Source: an uncultured Chloroflexia bacterium (GTDB lineage Bacteria > Chloroflexota > Limnocylindria > QHBO01). From it: 64,000 bases of DNA. The DNA lies in contig CAWHAZ010000003.1 in the NCBI GenBank assembly GCA_963827475.1, positions 32,001-96,000 on the forward strand. The letters are read 5' to 3'. Within the stretch, counting starts at the first letter, position 1, and the number at the start of each line of letters is the position of its first letter. Both the position numbers and the translations under genes were made by a program. The notes under the pieces are model-generated. The model worked only from the letters and a program-made list of their open reading frames with translations. It did no database searches and had not been told where the DNA came from. Below, one piece after another: positions 10,638 to 20,131 of the stretch.

Positions 10638-11087
10638 CTAGATCCCGAGGTCCTGCAGCTGCTCCGCCAGCGCCTCGGGCGCGCCCTCGATCCGGGAGCG
10701 GTACGGCTCCCAGGCCGAGGGTGTCCAGATCTCGAGCCGGTTCAGCGCGCCAACCACGACGACCTCCCCCGTCTCCAGGCCGGCGTAGGTCCGGAGGTAC
10801 TGCGGGACCAGGAGGCGACCCTGCTTGTCGAGCTCGGCGTCAACGGCCCCCGACGACATGAACCGGGCGAACTCGCGCGCCTGCGGATTGGTCAAGGGAA
10901 GGGCCCGCAGCTTCTCGGCCAGCTCCTCCCACGCGTCGCGGGGATAGACGGCGATGCAGCTATCGAGCCAGCGGGTGATGGTGGCTCCCGCCGACAGGCG
11001 GGGCCGGAAACGCGACGGGACCGCGACCCGGCCGCGGTCGTCGAGCGCGTGCCGGTACTCGCCGGTCAGGAACGGGGTCCTCTCCAC
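10638..11087 (-). CDS. mraZ: Transcriptional regulator MraZ
   Basis: FLTGEYRHALDDRGR and LDKQGRLLVP duplicated AbrB-like motifs; heads the dcw cluster. Confidence 0.96.
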   Translation of the reverse strand: MERTPFLTGEYRHALDDRGRVAVPSRFRPRLSAGATITRWLDSCIAVYPRDAWEELAEKLRALPLTNPQAREFARFMSSGAVDAELDKQGRLLVPQYLRTYAGLETGEVVVVGALNRLEIWTPSAWEPYRSRIEGAPEALAEQLQDLGI

Positions 11088-11099
11088 TCGCTTCCCCTA

Positions 11100-11169
11100 C
11101 CACTGTTCCCCATTTGGCCCCACTTTGAGCCACAGGGCGCCATCTTACAGGGCATGAGCCTCCCGTCAA
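11100..11169 (-). promoter_or_regulatory. dcw promoter with MraZ-binding direct repeats
   Basis: Minus-strand RTGG repeats at an exact 10-bp period (plus-strand CCAC/CCAT at 11100, 11110, 11120, 11130, 11140); -10 TAAGAT (11147-11142) and -35 TTGACG (11169-11164) with a 16-bp spacer. Confidence 0.8.
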
Positions 11170-12129
11170 GGTGTTTTCCGCACGATTTGCGTGGGCTCGA
11201 CGCCGGCCGGCAACGCCGGCTCTGGGGAGAGGGATTGCCCCTCGGTCAGGTCTCGCTGGGTGGGAGGACCGCGTACCGCAGCGAGCCGTCCGAGCCCGCG
11301 GTACACCTCGCGGATGAGGAACGGGCCGGACTCCCCGCGAATGAACGACCAGTCGGCCAGGCCGCCCAGGGTCTCCTGCCAGTGCAGGAGCCCGTTCGGC
11401 CGCTTCGATGCGCTCGACCGGGCCCTGGCTGACCTGGAGAAGGTCGCGACCTCCTGGTCGAAGATCACCCCGGCGTCACTCACCCGGAACACGACGTAGT
11501 CGCCAGGCGTGACCGTCACCTCGTAGCCGATGAACTCGTCGCCGGGCTCGGGCGTCGGATCGGCGGAGGCGGTGGGAACGGCCGATCCGCCCGTCGTGGC
11601 CGAGGGCGCGACACTGGGCTCGACACTCGGCGTCGAGCGATGGCTCGGGCGTGGGGGTCGGGTTCTGGGCCACGCCGCCCGGGCCGGCGAGGAACCACCA
11701 GGCGCCCACGCCTCCCCCGACCAGGAGCAGGAGCGCCAGCAGGACGACGACGATCCGGCGCCGCCCGCCGTCCTCGGCTGCCGCGGCGGCCACCGGTGGG
11801 GGCGGGGGCGGGGGAACCCGCTGTTGCGGGCGTCGGAGGGCCTCCAGCTCGTCGGTCGGGATGACGAGGACGCCCCGCAGGTAGCGCGGGCAGTTCGCAT
11901 ACCCTCGCTGCAGGCAGACGTTGCGCTGCTGCTCCCCGGACACCGGCTCTGGCTCGCCGAAGGCGTAGCAGCGGTGGTCGTCGGTCGCCTGGGCCTCGTA
12001 CTCGGACCGATCGGCGGCCAGCCCGAGGAACGGACACACCGTCTCCGGCCGGAGGGCCAGCTTCTCGAACAGCGCCTGCCGCTCGGCATCGGCCGTCGAC
12101 GGCGCGGGCTTTTCGCCCCGCCTGAACAT
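11166..12129 (-). CDS. Hypothetical single-pass membrane protein with N-terminal Cys-rich (zinc-ribbon-like) domain; frameshifted near 11630
   Basis: CPFLG...HRC...C...NCPRY, Pro-rich linker and TM helix; Pro/Thr linker and extracellular domain continue in another frame. Confidence 0.65.
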
Positions 12130-12243
12130 GAGTCGAGGATAGCGCCCCGCGCGGTTCGGCTCGACGGGTCGGGCGACGTGACCCGCCATGGTACGAACGC
12201 GCCATTGAGGCTGACCCTATCGGCCGCGCAGGCTCAGAGCCTC

Positions 12244-12480
12244 ATGGCGGTCGAACGCAGCGACGCGCCACAGCGGACCTTGATTCCTCGCGCCGGACAG
12301 ATCCGTCGCTGCAGCGTGCGGCATGTGGCGATCATCCAGGTTCCCGGGGGGCGCGACGTGCAGGTCAGCTGCCTGCTGGGAGGCCCCGAGCATCCGCTGT
12401 CGCTCGGCACGTTCGTCGAGGCCCGCCCGATCTGCAACGCCTGCACGGCCAGGGGGATCTGGCGCGCCGACGAGGACTGA
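12244..12480 (+). CDS. Small Cys-containing hypothetical protein (78 aa)
   Basis: ATG at 12244; MAVERSD...RRCSVR...VSCLL...PICNACTARGIWRADED; fills the intergenic gap before rnpB. Confidence 0.55.
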   Translation: MAVERSDAPQRTLIPRAGQIRRCSVRHVAIIQVPGGRDVQVSCLLGGPEHPLSLGTFVEARPICNACTARGIWRADED

Positions 12481-12488
12481 GGGGCGAA

Positions 12489-12803
12489 GTCCTGGAGGCG
12501 GCCTGTAAGCCGAGTTCTGTCCCGGACCGAGGTCCGGTGACGGCCATCCATCTGGGCGACCTACCCGAGGGCTGAGCGAGCCACCTGCCGCGACCCGAAG
12601 GTCGCCGCGCCCTCCTATTCGGTCTTGCTCCGGCTCGAGCTTGCCCGTTTCACTCCCGCTTGCGCGGGCATCGTCACTGTGGCGCTGGTCCTCGCCTCAC
12701 GGCGGACGGGTGTTACCCGCGAGCCTGCTCTATGGAGCTCGGACTTTCCTCGAACGCCGCCTTTCGGCGATTGCGTCCGCGGCCGTCCGGCCGCCTCCAG
12801 GAC
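12489..12803 (-). ncRNA. rnpB: RNase P RNA (reduced type A)
   Basis: Minus strand has GAGGAAAGUCCGAGCUC, GUGAAACGG, GGAGCAAG, GGGUAGG and ACAGAACUCGGCUUA; 15-bp terminal P1 complementarity (12489-12503 with 12789-12803). Confidence 0.97.
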
Positions 12804-12810
12804 CCTGAGT

Positions 12811-13227
12811 CTAGACCGATCCCCCCGGTCCGTCGATCGCCACGTTGCTGAGCCGATCCGCGTCCAGGTTCCGCTCGCGCGGCACGTGACCGACGGTGTA
12901 GGCCGACAGCTCGCGGAGCATGGCCATCACCCGGGCGTGGATCGGCTTGAGGTCGGGATGCTTGACCCTGTAGCGCCCGGCGATCTGGCGCGCCACCAGC
13001 TCGGAGTCCGTTCGGAGATCCACCGCGTCGGCGCCGAGCCGTCGCGCCTCCAGCAGGGCGAGCTCGACCGCGGTCCACTCGGCGTAGTTGTTGGTCCGGA
13101 CGCCGAGGAACTCGGCGATCTCGGCCACCGTCTCCCGCGTCTCGGCGTCCTGCAGCAGCGCGCCGGCGCCGGCCGGACCGGGGTTGCCGCGGGCGGCGCC
13201 GTCGGTGTGGATCAGCAGGCGGCTCAA
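12811..13227 (-). CDS. rnhA: Ribonuclease HI (short type)
   Basis: TDGAARGNPGPAG, TNNYAEW, TDSELV, HVPRERNLDADRL; TTG start overlaps the sdhB stop. Confidence 0.92.
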   Translation of the reverse strand: MSRLLIHTDGAARGNPGPAGAGALLQDAETRETVAEIAEFLGVRTNNYAEWTAVELALLEARRLGADAVDLRTDSELVARQIAGRYRVKHPDLKPIHARVMAMLRELSAYTVGHVPRERNLDADRLSNVAIDGPGGSV

Positions 13228-13925
13228 GCCGGGCGGTCCTCGATGGCCTGGGTCACCTCGAGGATGGCGCGGGTGACGTTGATGCCCCTGGGGCAGGCCT
13301 CGACGCAGTTGAACACGGTCCGGCAGCGCCAGACCCCGTCGGCATCGGCCATGAGCTCCAGCCGCTCCGCGTGGGCGGTGTCCCGACTGTCGAAGATGAA
13401 CCGATGGGCGTTCACGATGGCGGCGGGGCCCACGTAGTCGGGGTTCGTCCAGAACACCGGGCAGGCGGTGGTGCAGGCGGCGCACAGGATGCAGCGGCTG
13501 GTGTCCTCGTACTTCGCGCGGTCGAACGGCGACTGGCGGCGCTCCAGGCCGTCGGCCGGGATCTCGTCGTTCACCAGGAACGGCATCGCGTCGCGGTACT
13601 TGGCCCAGAAGCCCTCCTGGTCCACGAGCAGGTCCTTGACCACCGGCAGCCCGCGCATCGGCTCGACCTCGATGCGTGCGCCGGCATCCCGGACGAGGAC
13701 CGCGCATGCAAGCCGGTTGCGGCCGTTGATGAGCATCGCGTCGGAGCCGCACACCCCGTGGGCGCAGGAGCGGCGGAAGGTCAGCGTCCCGTCCTGGTAC
13801 CACTTCACCTGGTGCAGCAGGTCGAGCACCCGGTCGCTGGGATCGGCCTCGAGGTCGTACGACTCCCAGTGGGGCTCGGCGTCGGCCTCCGGGTTGAAGC
13901 GGCGGATGCGGAGCGCGACCTGCAT
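13224..13925 (-). CDS. sdhB: Succinate dehydrogenase iron-sulfur subunit
   Basis: SCAHGVCGSD...LAC, CILCAACTTACP, CRTVFNCVEACP. Confidence 0.96.
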   Translation of the reverse strand: MQVALRIRRFNPEADAEPHWESYDLEADPSDRVLDLLHQVKWYQDGTLTFRRSCAHGVCGSDAMLINGRNRLACAVLVRDAGARIEVEPMRGLPVVKDLLVDQEGFWAKYRDAMPFLVNDEIPADGLERRQSPFDRAKYEDTSRCILCAACTTACPVFWTNPDYVGPAAIVNAHRFIFDSRDTAHAERLELMADADGVWRCRTVFNCVEACPRGINVTRAILEVTQAIEDRPA

Positions 13926-13928
13926 CGG

Positions 13929-15719
13929 TCAGTACACCCGGGGCGCCGGCGCGAACTCGGTCACCGTCACTGCCTTGTAGGTGAGGGCGACCTTCCCGTT
14001 CGGCTGCCGCGTCGCCATCGTGTGCCGCATCCAGGCCTCGTCGTCGCGGTCGGGGAAGTCCTCGCGGGCGTGCGCCCCACGGCTCTCGGTCCGGGCCTCG
14101 GCCGAGACGACCATCGCCTCCGCGCAGTCGAGCAGGAACCCGAGCTCGAGGGCATCGGTGAGGTCGGTGTTGTACCGGCTGCCGTGGTCATCGAGGCGCA
14201 GGTTGCGGGCGCGCTCGCGGAGCCCGGCGACGCCGGAGCGAGCCGCCGCCAGGCCGGCGGCCGAGCGGTACACGCCGCAGTCGCGGAACATCAGCTCCCG
14301 GAGGTCCGTCCGCAGCGTCGCCGGCCGCTCGCCACGGTCGCCGGCCAGCAGGTCGGCGAGCCCCGCGGTCGCACGCGCCTCCGCCTCCAGGTCGCGGGCC
14401 GGCGGCGGGGCGTCGCGGAAAGCATCGGTCATCGCCATCCCGGCCCGCCGGCCGAAGACGAGGATGTCGAGCAGCGAGTTCGTGCCCAGCCGGTTCGCGC
14501 CGTGGACGCTGACGCAGGCGCACTCCCCCGCCGCGTAGAAGCCTTCCACCAGCGTGCCATCGGCATCGGCCAGGACCCGGCCGTCGACATCGGTCGGGAT
14601 GCCGCCCATGGCGTAGTGGGCGGTCGGCTGGATCGGCACCAGGTCGGTGAGCGGTTCGAGCCCGAAGTAGGTCCGGATGAAGCCAGCCATGTCCGGCAGC
14701 TTGCGATCGAGGATTTCGCGGCCGAGGTGGCGAACATCGAGGTGGACGAAGTCCTGGCCGTTCACTCCACGCCCGGCCGCCACCTCCTGGTAGATGCTCC
14801 GGCTCACCACGTCGCGGCTGGCGAGGTCCTTCATCGTCGGCGCGTAGCGTTCCATGAACCGGTCCCCCTCACCATTGAGCAGGATCCCGCCCTCGCCCCG
14901 CATCGCCTCCGACAGCAGGAACCCGAGGCGGTACATACCGGTCGGGTGGAACTGGTAGAACTCCATGTCCTCGACCGGGATCCCCCGCCGGTACGCGATC
15001 GCCACCCCGTCTCCGGTCAGGGTGTGGGCGTTGGACGTGACCTTGTAGACCATGCCGAAGCCACCGGTCGCGAACAGGACGGCGGGGGCGAGGAACGCGG
15101 TCAGCTCTCCGGTCGCCAGCTGGATGGCAAGCACGCCGCTGACCCGTCCCCCTGGACCGTCGGGCATGAGCAGGTCGAGGACCTGGTACTCGTCGAAGAA
15201 CGTCACCTCGTGGCGGATGCACTGCTGATAGAGGGTCTGGAGGATGGCGTGCCCGGTCCGGTCCGCGGAGTAGCAGGAACGGCGGACCGGCGCCTCCCCG
15301 TGGTTGCGGGAGTGGCCGCCAAACCGGCGCTGGTCGATCAGGCCCTCTGGCGTGCGGTCGAACGGCAGCCCGAGATGCTCGAGGTCGCGGATGGTCTGCA
15401 CCGCGTCGCGACACATCACCTCTGCCGCGTCCTGGTCAACGAGATAGTCCCCGCCCTTGACCGTGTCCCACCAATGCCACTCCCAGTGGTCTTCCTCGGT
15501 GTTGCCCAGGGCGGCGCACACGCCGCCCTGGGCGGCGCCGGTGTGGGAGCGGGTCGGGTACAGCTTCGAGACGACACCGATCCGGCCTGCCTCGCCCAGT
15601 CCCCGCTTCAGCTCCAGGGCGGCATACAGGCCGGCGCCGCCGGCCCCCACCACCACCGCGTCGAGGACGTGGATGCGAGGCGCGGCCGCCGGGCCGCGCC
15701 CGACCATCGGTACGCTCAT
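13929..15719 (-). CDS. sdhA: Succinate dehydrogenase flavoprotein subunit
   Basis: GAGGAG, RSHTGAAQGG, QFHPTG, HYAMGG, HGANRLGTNSL, ESRGAH. Confidence 0.97.
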   Translation of the reverse strand: MSVPMVGRGPAAAPRIHVLDAVVVGAGGAGLYAALELKRGLGEAGRIGVVSKLYPTRSHTGAAQGGVCAALGNTEEDHWEWHWWDTVKGGDYLVDQDAAEVMCRDAVQTIRDLEHLGLPFDRTPEGLIDQRRFGGHSRNHGEAPVRRSCYSADRTGHAILQTLYQQCIRHEVTFFDEYQVLDLLMPDGPGGRVSGVLAIQLATGELTAFLAPAVLFATGGFGMVYKVTSNAHTLTGDGVAIAYRRGIPVEDMEFYQFHPTGMYRLGFLLSEAMRGEGGILLNGEGDRFMERYAPTMKDLASRDVVSRSIYQEVAAGRGVNGQDFVHLDVRHLGREILDRKLPDMAGFIRTYFGLEPLTDLVPIQPTAHYAMGGIPTDVDGRVLADADGTLVEGFYAAGECACVSVHGANRLGTNSLLDILVFGRRAGMAMTDAFRDAPPPARDLEAEARATAGLADLLAGDRGERPATLRTDLRELMFRDCGVYRSAAGLAAARSGVAGLRERARNLRLDDHGSRYNTDLTDALELGFLLDCAEAMVVSAEARTESRGAHAREDFPDRDDEAWMRHTMATRQPNGKVALTYKAVTVTEFAPAPRVY

Positions 15720-15729
15720 GCCACTGCGC

Positions 15730-16170
15730 TCACGAGAACGGGCCGACGGCGGGCGCCCCTTCTGGGTTGAAGAACACGACCACCAGCAGGCCCAGGAGGA
15801 GCCAGGCCACGGCCAGCAGCCCGAGACCGGCGACGAGGAGGTTGCGGATGCCGCCACGCGGCACGAGGTCGGTGATGACCACCCGCGCGCCATTTACCCC
15901 ATGCACCAGTGCCAGGACGAGGAGCAGCGCGTCGTAGATCCGCCAGAACGGCGTTCCCCAGCGGCTGGTCACGAACGCGAAGTTCACCTCCTGCCCGGCG
16001 AGCTGCACGAGCACGTGCATGATCAGCATGTGGCCGAGGGCCAGGATCACGAGGGCCAGCCCGCTGAGCCGCATGAACCACCACCAGAATCGCTCGCGCC
16101 GCGTGCCGGTCGGCGGGCCCGATCGCGGCGCGGGCGGGTTGCCGAGCCAAACCGTGCGTCCGATGCTCAC
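15730..16170 (-). CDS. sdhD: Succinate dehydrogenase hydrophobic anchor subunit
   Basis: WWFMRLSG, HML, HGVNG; three TM helices; GTG start overlaps the sdhC stop. Confidence 0.88.
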   Translation of the reverse strand: MSIGRTVWLGNPPAPRSGPPTGTRRERFWWWFMRLSGLALVILALGHMLIMHVLVQLAGQEVNFAFVTSRWGTPFWRIYDALLLVLALVHGVNGARVVITDLVPRGGIRNLLVAGLGLLAVAWLLLGLLVVVFFNPEGAPAVGPFS

Positions 16171-16574
16171 GGGCTGCCCCACGGGGCGAACGGCGCGAAC
16201 ATCACCATCGCCAGCGGCACCATTGCCACCACCGTGGCGATGACGACGCCATAGGTCAGCGGCCGATACCACGCGGTGGCGGCCGGCACGAAGTCGATGA
16301 GGATGATCTTCAGCCCGTTGAGGGAGTGGTACACGAGCGCCGCCATGAGGAGGATCTCGAGGGCGCGGATGACCGGGTTGCGGAAGAAGCCGAGGGTCGT
16401 GTCGTACGCCGCCGGGCCGACAAGCACCATCGAGGTCTCGACGATGTGCATGAACAGGTAGAGGAGGACGCCGATCCCCGACAGCCGATGCCCGAACCAC
16501 GCCAGCTGGGCCCAGCTGACCCGGTAGCGGACCACGCGCGACTGGGCCTGGGCCAGCCTCGACCCGACGGTCAT
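16167..16574 (-). CDS. sdhC: Succinate dehydrogenase cytochrome b556 subunit
   Basis: HRLSG, HIVE, YHSLNGLKIILIDF. Confidence 0.9.
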   Translation of the reverse strand: MTVGSRLAQAQSRVVRYRVSWAQLAWFGHRLSGIGVLLYLFMHIVETSMVLVGPAAYDTTLGFFRNPVIRALEILLMAALVYHSLNGLKIILIDFVPAATAWYRPLTYGVVIATVVAMVPLAMVMFAPFAPWGSP

Positions 16575-17593
16575 GCGGCTGCCCGCAGCGCCTGGACCCG
16601 GTCGGCCACGGCCTGCCCGTACGCCCGCGTGCCGGCCGAGCCGCCGAGGTCGACGGTGATGACCTTCCCCTCGCCGATGACATCACGGACCGCCGCCTCG
16701 ACCGCAGCGCCGGCGTCGGTCTCGCCGATGTGACGCAGCAGCAGGGCACCCGACAGGATCAGCGCGGTGGGGTTGGCTCGATCCTGGCCGGCGTACTTCG
16801 GCGCGGAGCCGTGGACGGCTTCGAACACCGCCGCCACCTCACCGATGTTCGCGCCCGGCGCGACGCCCAGCCCGCCGACCAGGCCCGCCGCGAGGTCGCT
16901 GATGATGTCGCCGTACAGATTGGGGGCGACGAGCACGTCGTAGGCCTCCGGCTTCTGGACCAGCTGCATGCACATGTTGTCGACGATCCGGTCCTGGAAA
17001 GCGATCCGCCCCTCGTAGTCGGCCGCCACCCGACGGCAGCTCTCGAGGAAGAGCCCATCGGTCAGCTTCATGATGTTCGCCTTGTGGACCGCAGTCACCA
17101 CCGAGCGTCCGTTGGCCACGGCGTATTCGAATGCGTAGCGGGCAATTCGCTCTGACGCGCCGCGGGTGATGACCTTGATGCTCTCCGCCTCGTCGTCACT
17201 CACGGACCGCTCGATCCCGGCGTACAGGTCCTCGGTGTTCTCGCGGACGATGACCAGGTCGACGTCCGCATAGCGCGACTGGACCCCGACGATGCTCCGC
17301 GCCGGGCGGACGTTCGCGTACAGGGCCAGGGCCTGGCGGAGCGCGACGTTCACGCTGCGGAAGCCGGTGCCGACCGGGGTCGTGATCGGGCCCTTCAGGG
17401 CGACGCGCGTCCGCCGGATGCTCTCGACCACGCGGTCGGGCAGCGGGTTGCCCTCGCTGGTGAGCGTCGCCTCCCCGGCGACCTGCTCGTCCCAGCTGAA
17501 GGCGAGCCCGGTGGCTTCCAGCACCTCGCGCGCGGCGGCGGCGATCTCCGGACCGATCCCGTCACCCGGGATCAGCGTCACCTCGTAGGCCAT
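16571..17593 (-). CDS. icd: Isocitrate dehydrogenase (IDH/IPMDH family)
   Basis: IPGDGIGPE, KGPITTPVGTGFRSVNVALRQ, RENTED, VHKANIMK, NLYGDIISD, HGSAPKYAG; TCA gene context. Confidence 0.88.
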   Translation of the reverse strand: MAYEVTLIPGDGIGPEIAAAAREVLEATGLAFSWDEQVAGEATLTSEGNPLPDRVVESIRRTRVALKGPITTPVGTGFRSVNVALRQALALYANVRPARSIVGVQSRYADVDLVIVRENTEDLYAGIERSVSDDEAESIKVITRGASERIARYAFEYAVANGRSVVTAVHKANIMKLTDGLFLESCRRVAADYEGRIAFQDRIVDNMCMQLVQKPEAYDVLVAPNLYGDIISDLAAGLVGGLGVAPGANIGEVAAVFEAVHGSAPKYAGQDRANPTALILSGALLLRHIGETDAGAAVEAAVRDVIGEGKVITVDLGGSAGTRAYGQAVADRVQALRAAA

Positions 17594-17667
17594 CGGCCCA
17601 AGTGTAGGCAGGCGGGGCCGCGTCCGGTGGCGGTCGGCCACGGGACGCGTCGGGTACGCTCGGGGTC

Positions 17668-18807
17668 GTGAAGCTGCAGGAGTACCGGAGCAAGGAGATC
17701 CTTGCCCGGCACGGCATTCCGACCCTCCCCGGGGAGGTCGTCGCCACCCCGGCCGAGGCGCGCCTGGCGGCGGAGCGGCTCGCGGTCCCGGTCGTGGTCA
17801 AAGCTCAGGTCCTCGCCGGCGGGCGGGGCAAGGCCGGCGGGGTGAAGCTCGCGGCCGACCCGGGCGAAGCGGAGGCCCGGGCGGCGGAGATCCTCGGCCT
17901 GCTGATCGCCGGCGGTCCCGTCCGGCGAGTGCTCGTCACGCCGGCCGTGGACATCGCTGCCGAGTACTACCTCGCCCTCGTCCTCGATCGGGGCGCGAAG
18001 GCGGTGACGGTCATCGCCAGCGCCGAGGGCGGTATCGAGATCGAGGAGGTCGCCCACACCAACCCGGATGCGATCCTGCGCCACCTCCTCGACCCGCTGG
18101 CGGGGCTCCGACCCTCCGACGTCGCCGCGGTCGATGCGTTCCTCGCCCTGCCCGAGGTGCATCGGCCCGCCTTCGCCTCCCTCCTCGAGGGCCTCGCCGC
18201 GGCCTTCTTCGACACCGACGCCGAGCTGGCCGAGGTCAACCCGATGGCCATAACCGCCGACGGGCGTCTGCTCGCCCTCGACGCGAAGATGGTCGTCGAC
18301 GACTCCGCGCTCCCCCGTCACCCCGACGTGGAGGCCATGCGCGACCTGTCGGAGGAAGAGCCCGCCGAGATCGCCGCGCGCGAGGCCGGGATCAGCTACA
18401 TCAAGCTCGACGGCACGATTGGCTGCATGGTGAACGGCGCCGGCCTGGCGATGACCACCATGGACCTCGTCAAGCTGGCCGGCGGCGAGCCGGCAAACTT
18501 CCTCGACATCGGGGGCGGGGCCCGTCACGAGAAGGTCGCGGAGGCGTTCCGGATCATCCTCGCCGACACGAACGTGCGCGCGGTCCTGATCAACATCTTC
18601 GGCGGAATCACCCGTGGCGACGAGGTGGCCCACGGCATCGTCGAGGCCCGGGCCGGCCTGGAGCGCGAGGTACCGATGGTGGTGCGCATCGTCGGCACCA
18701 ACGCCGACGAGGCGGCACTCATCCTCGAACAGGCCAACCTGCAGACGGCCTACAGCCTGGATGAGGCCGCCGAGCTGGCGGTCGCCGCGGCGGGAGCCAC
18801 CGCGTGA
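17668..18807 (+). CDS. sucC: Succinyl-CoA synthetase beta subunit
   Basis: [48 protein letters not shown]. Confidence 0.97.
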   Translation: MKLQEYRSKEILARHGIPTLPGEVVATPAEARLAAERLAVPVVVKAQVLAGGRGKAGGVKLAADPGEAEARAAEILGLLIAGGPVRRVLVTPAVDIAAEYYLALVLDRGAKAVTVIASAEGGIEIEEVAHTNPDAILRHLLDPLAGLRPSDVAAVDAFLALPEVHRPAFASLLEGLAAAFFDTDAELAEVNPMAITADGRLLALDAKMVVDDSALPRHPDVEAMRDLSEEEPAEIAAREAGISYIKLDGTIGCMVNGAGLAMTTMDLVKLAGGEPANFLDIGGGARHEKVAEAFRIILADTNVRAVLINIFGGITRGDEVAHGIVEARAGLEREVPMVVRIVGTNADEAALILEQANLQTAYSLDEAAELAVAAAGATA

Positions 18808-19679
18808 GCATCCTCGTCAACGCCGAGACGCGACTCCTCATCCAGGGCATCACCGGCCGCGAGGGCCAGTTCCACGGCCAGGCGATGCTCGACTACGGGA
18901 CGCCGGTCGTGTCCGGGGTCACGCCGGGCAAGGGCGGGCAGCGGACGTTCAACGACCGGGTTCCCGTCTTCGACACGGTGGCCGAGGCGATCGCCGAGAC
19001 GGGAGCCAACACCAGCGTGATCTACGTCCCGGCGGCGTTCGCGCCGGACGCGATGCTGGAGGCGGCCGCCGCCGGCATCGGTCTGATCTTCTGCATCACC
19101 GAGGGCATCCCCGCCCTGGACATGCTCCGCGTGTACCACACGGTCCGCCGCCAGGGCGTCCGGCTGGTCGGGCCGAACTGCCCCGGAGCCACGTCCGTCG
19201 GGCAGGCGAAGGTCGGGATCATCCCCGGCAACATCCATCGCCGGGGCCGGGTTGGGGTGGTCAGCCGCTCGGGCACCCTGACCTATGAGGTGGTGCAGGC
19301 CTTGACCGATGAAGGCATCGGTCAGTCCACCTGCGTCGGCATCGGTGGCGATCCGATCGTCGGCACCAACTTCATCGAGGTGCTCGACCTGTTCCAGGCC
19401 GACCCGGATACCGATGCGGTCGTCCTCATCGGCGAGATCGGCGGCGACGAGGAGGAGCGTGCGGCAGCCCACATCGCCCAGTCGATAACGAAGCCGGTGG
19501 CCGCGTTCATCGCCGGCCGGACCGCTCCGCCGGGCCGGCGGATGGGCCATGCCGGGGCGATCATCTCGGGTGGGGCGGGCACGGCTGACTCCAAGCGCGA
19601 GGCGCTCCGCGAGGCGGGCGTCCGCGTCGCGGACTCGCCGCTCCAGATTCCGGCGTTGCTGCGGGGGCCGGTGGGCTAG
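18804..19679 (+). CDS. sucD: Succinyl-CoA synthetase alpha subunit
   Basis: [34 protein letters not shown] (phospho-His). Confidence 0.97.
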   Translation: MSILVNAETRLLIQGITGREGQFHGQAMLDYGTPVVSGVTPGKGGQRTFNDRVPVFDTVAEAIAETGANTSVIYVPAAFAPDAMLEAAAAGIGLIFCITEGIPALDMLRVYHTVRRQGVRLVGPNCPGATSVGQAKVGIIPGNIHRRGRVGVVSRSGTLTYEVVQALTDEGIGQSTCVGIGGDPIVGTNFIEVLDLFQADPDTDAVVLIGEIGGDEEERAAAHIAQSITKPVAAFIAGRTAPPGRRMGHAGAIISGGAGTADSKREALREAGVRVADSPLQIPALLRGPVG

Positions 19680-20131
19680 CGAGCCCGGCTGTCCTCGCTC
19701 GCGCCTTCGCGTTCCAGCAACTCCCACAGGACGCCGCTCAGCGTCCGCGGGTGCACGAAAGCCACCGATCCCTCGGCTCCTGGGCGCGGAACCTGGTCGA
19801 CCAGCTCGGCCCCCGCGTCCGCCAGCCGAGCCAGCTCCGCAGCGATGTCGGCGGTCCCGAAACACACGTGGTGCAGCCCCTCCCCGCGCGACGCCAGGAA
19901 GCGGGCGACGCCGCTTTCGGCATCGGTGGGCTGGATGAGCTCGATCCGCGCCGCTGGCGCGGGCCCGGTGGGCAGGAAGCAGAGACGCACGGCCTGGGCG
20001 GCGATCGTCTGGACCTCCGCGTCGGGAGCCAGGCCGAGCAGCTCGCGGTAGCGCGGCAGCGACGCGTCGATGTCGTGGACGACCACGGCCACGTGGTCGA
20101 TCGCTCCGAGGCGCGATTCCGGAGTGGTCAC
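19676..20131 (-). CDS. mce: Methylmalonyl-CoA epimerase
   Basis: [35 protein letters not shown]; coupled to the mutase gene. Confidence 0.9.
   Translation of the reverse strand: MTTPESRLGAIDHVAVVVHDIDASLPRYRELLGLAPDAEVQTIAAQAVRLCFLPTGPAPAARIELIQPTDAESGVARFLASRGEGLHHVCFGTADIAAELARLADAGAELVDQVPRPGAEGSVAFVHPRTLSGVLWELLEREGASEDSRAR

Noticed and set aside
12811-13803. SdhB-RNase H fusion suggested by the 330-aa ORF
   Set aside because: The upstream part is an off-frame reading of sdhB; rnhA has its own TTG start at 13227
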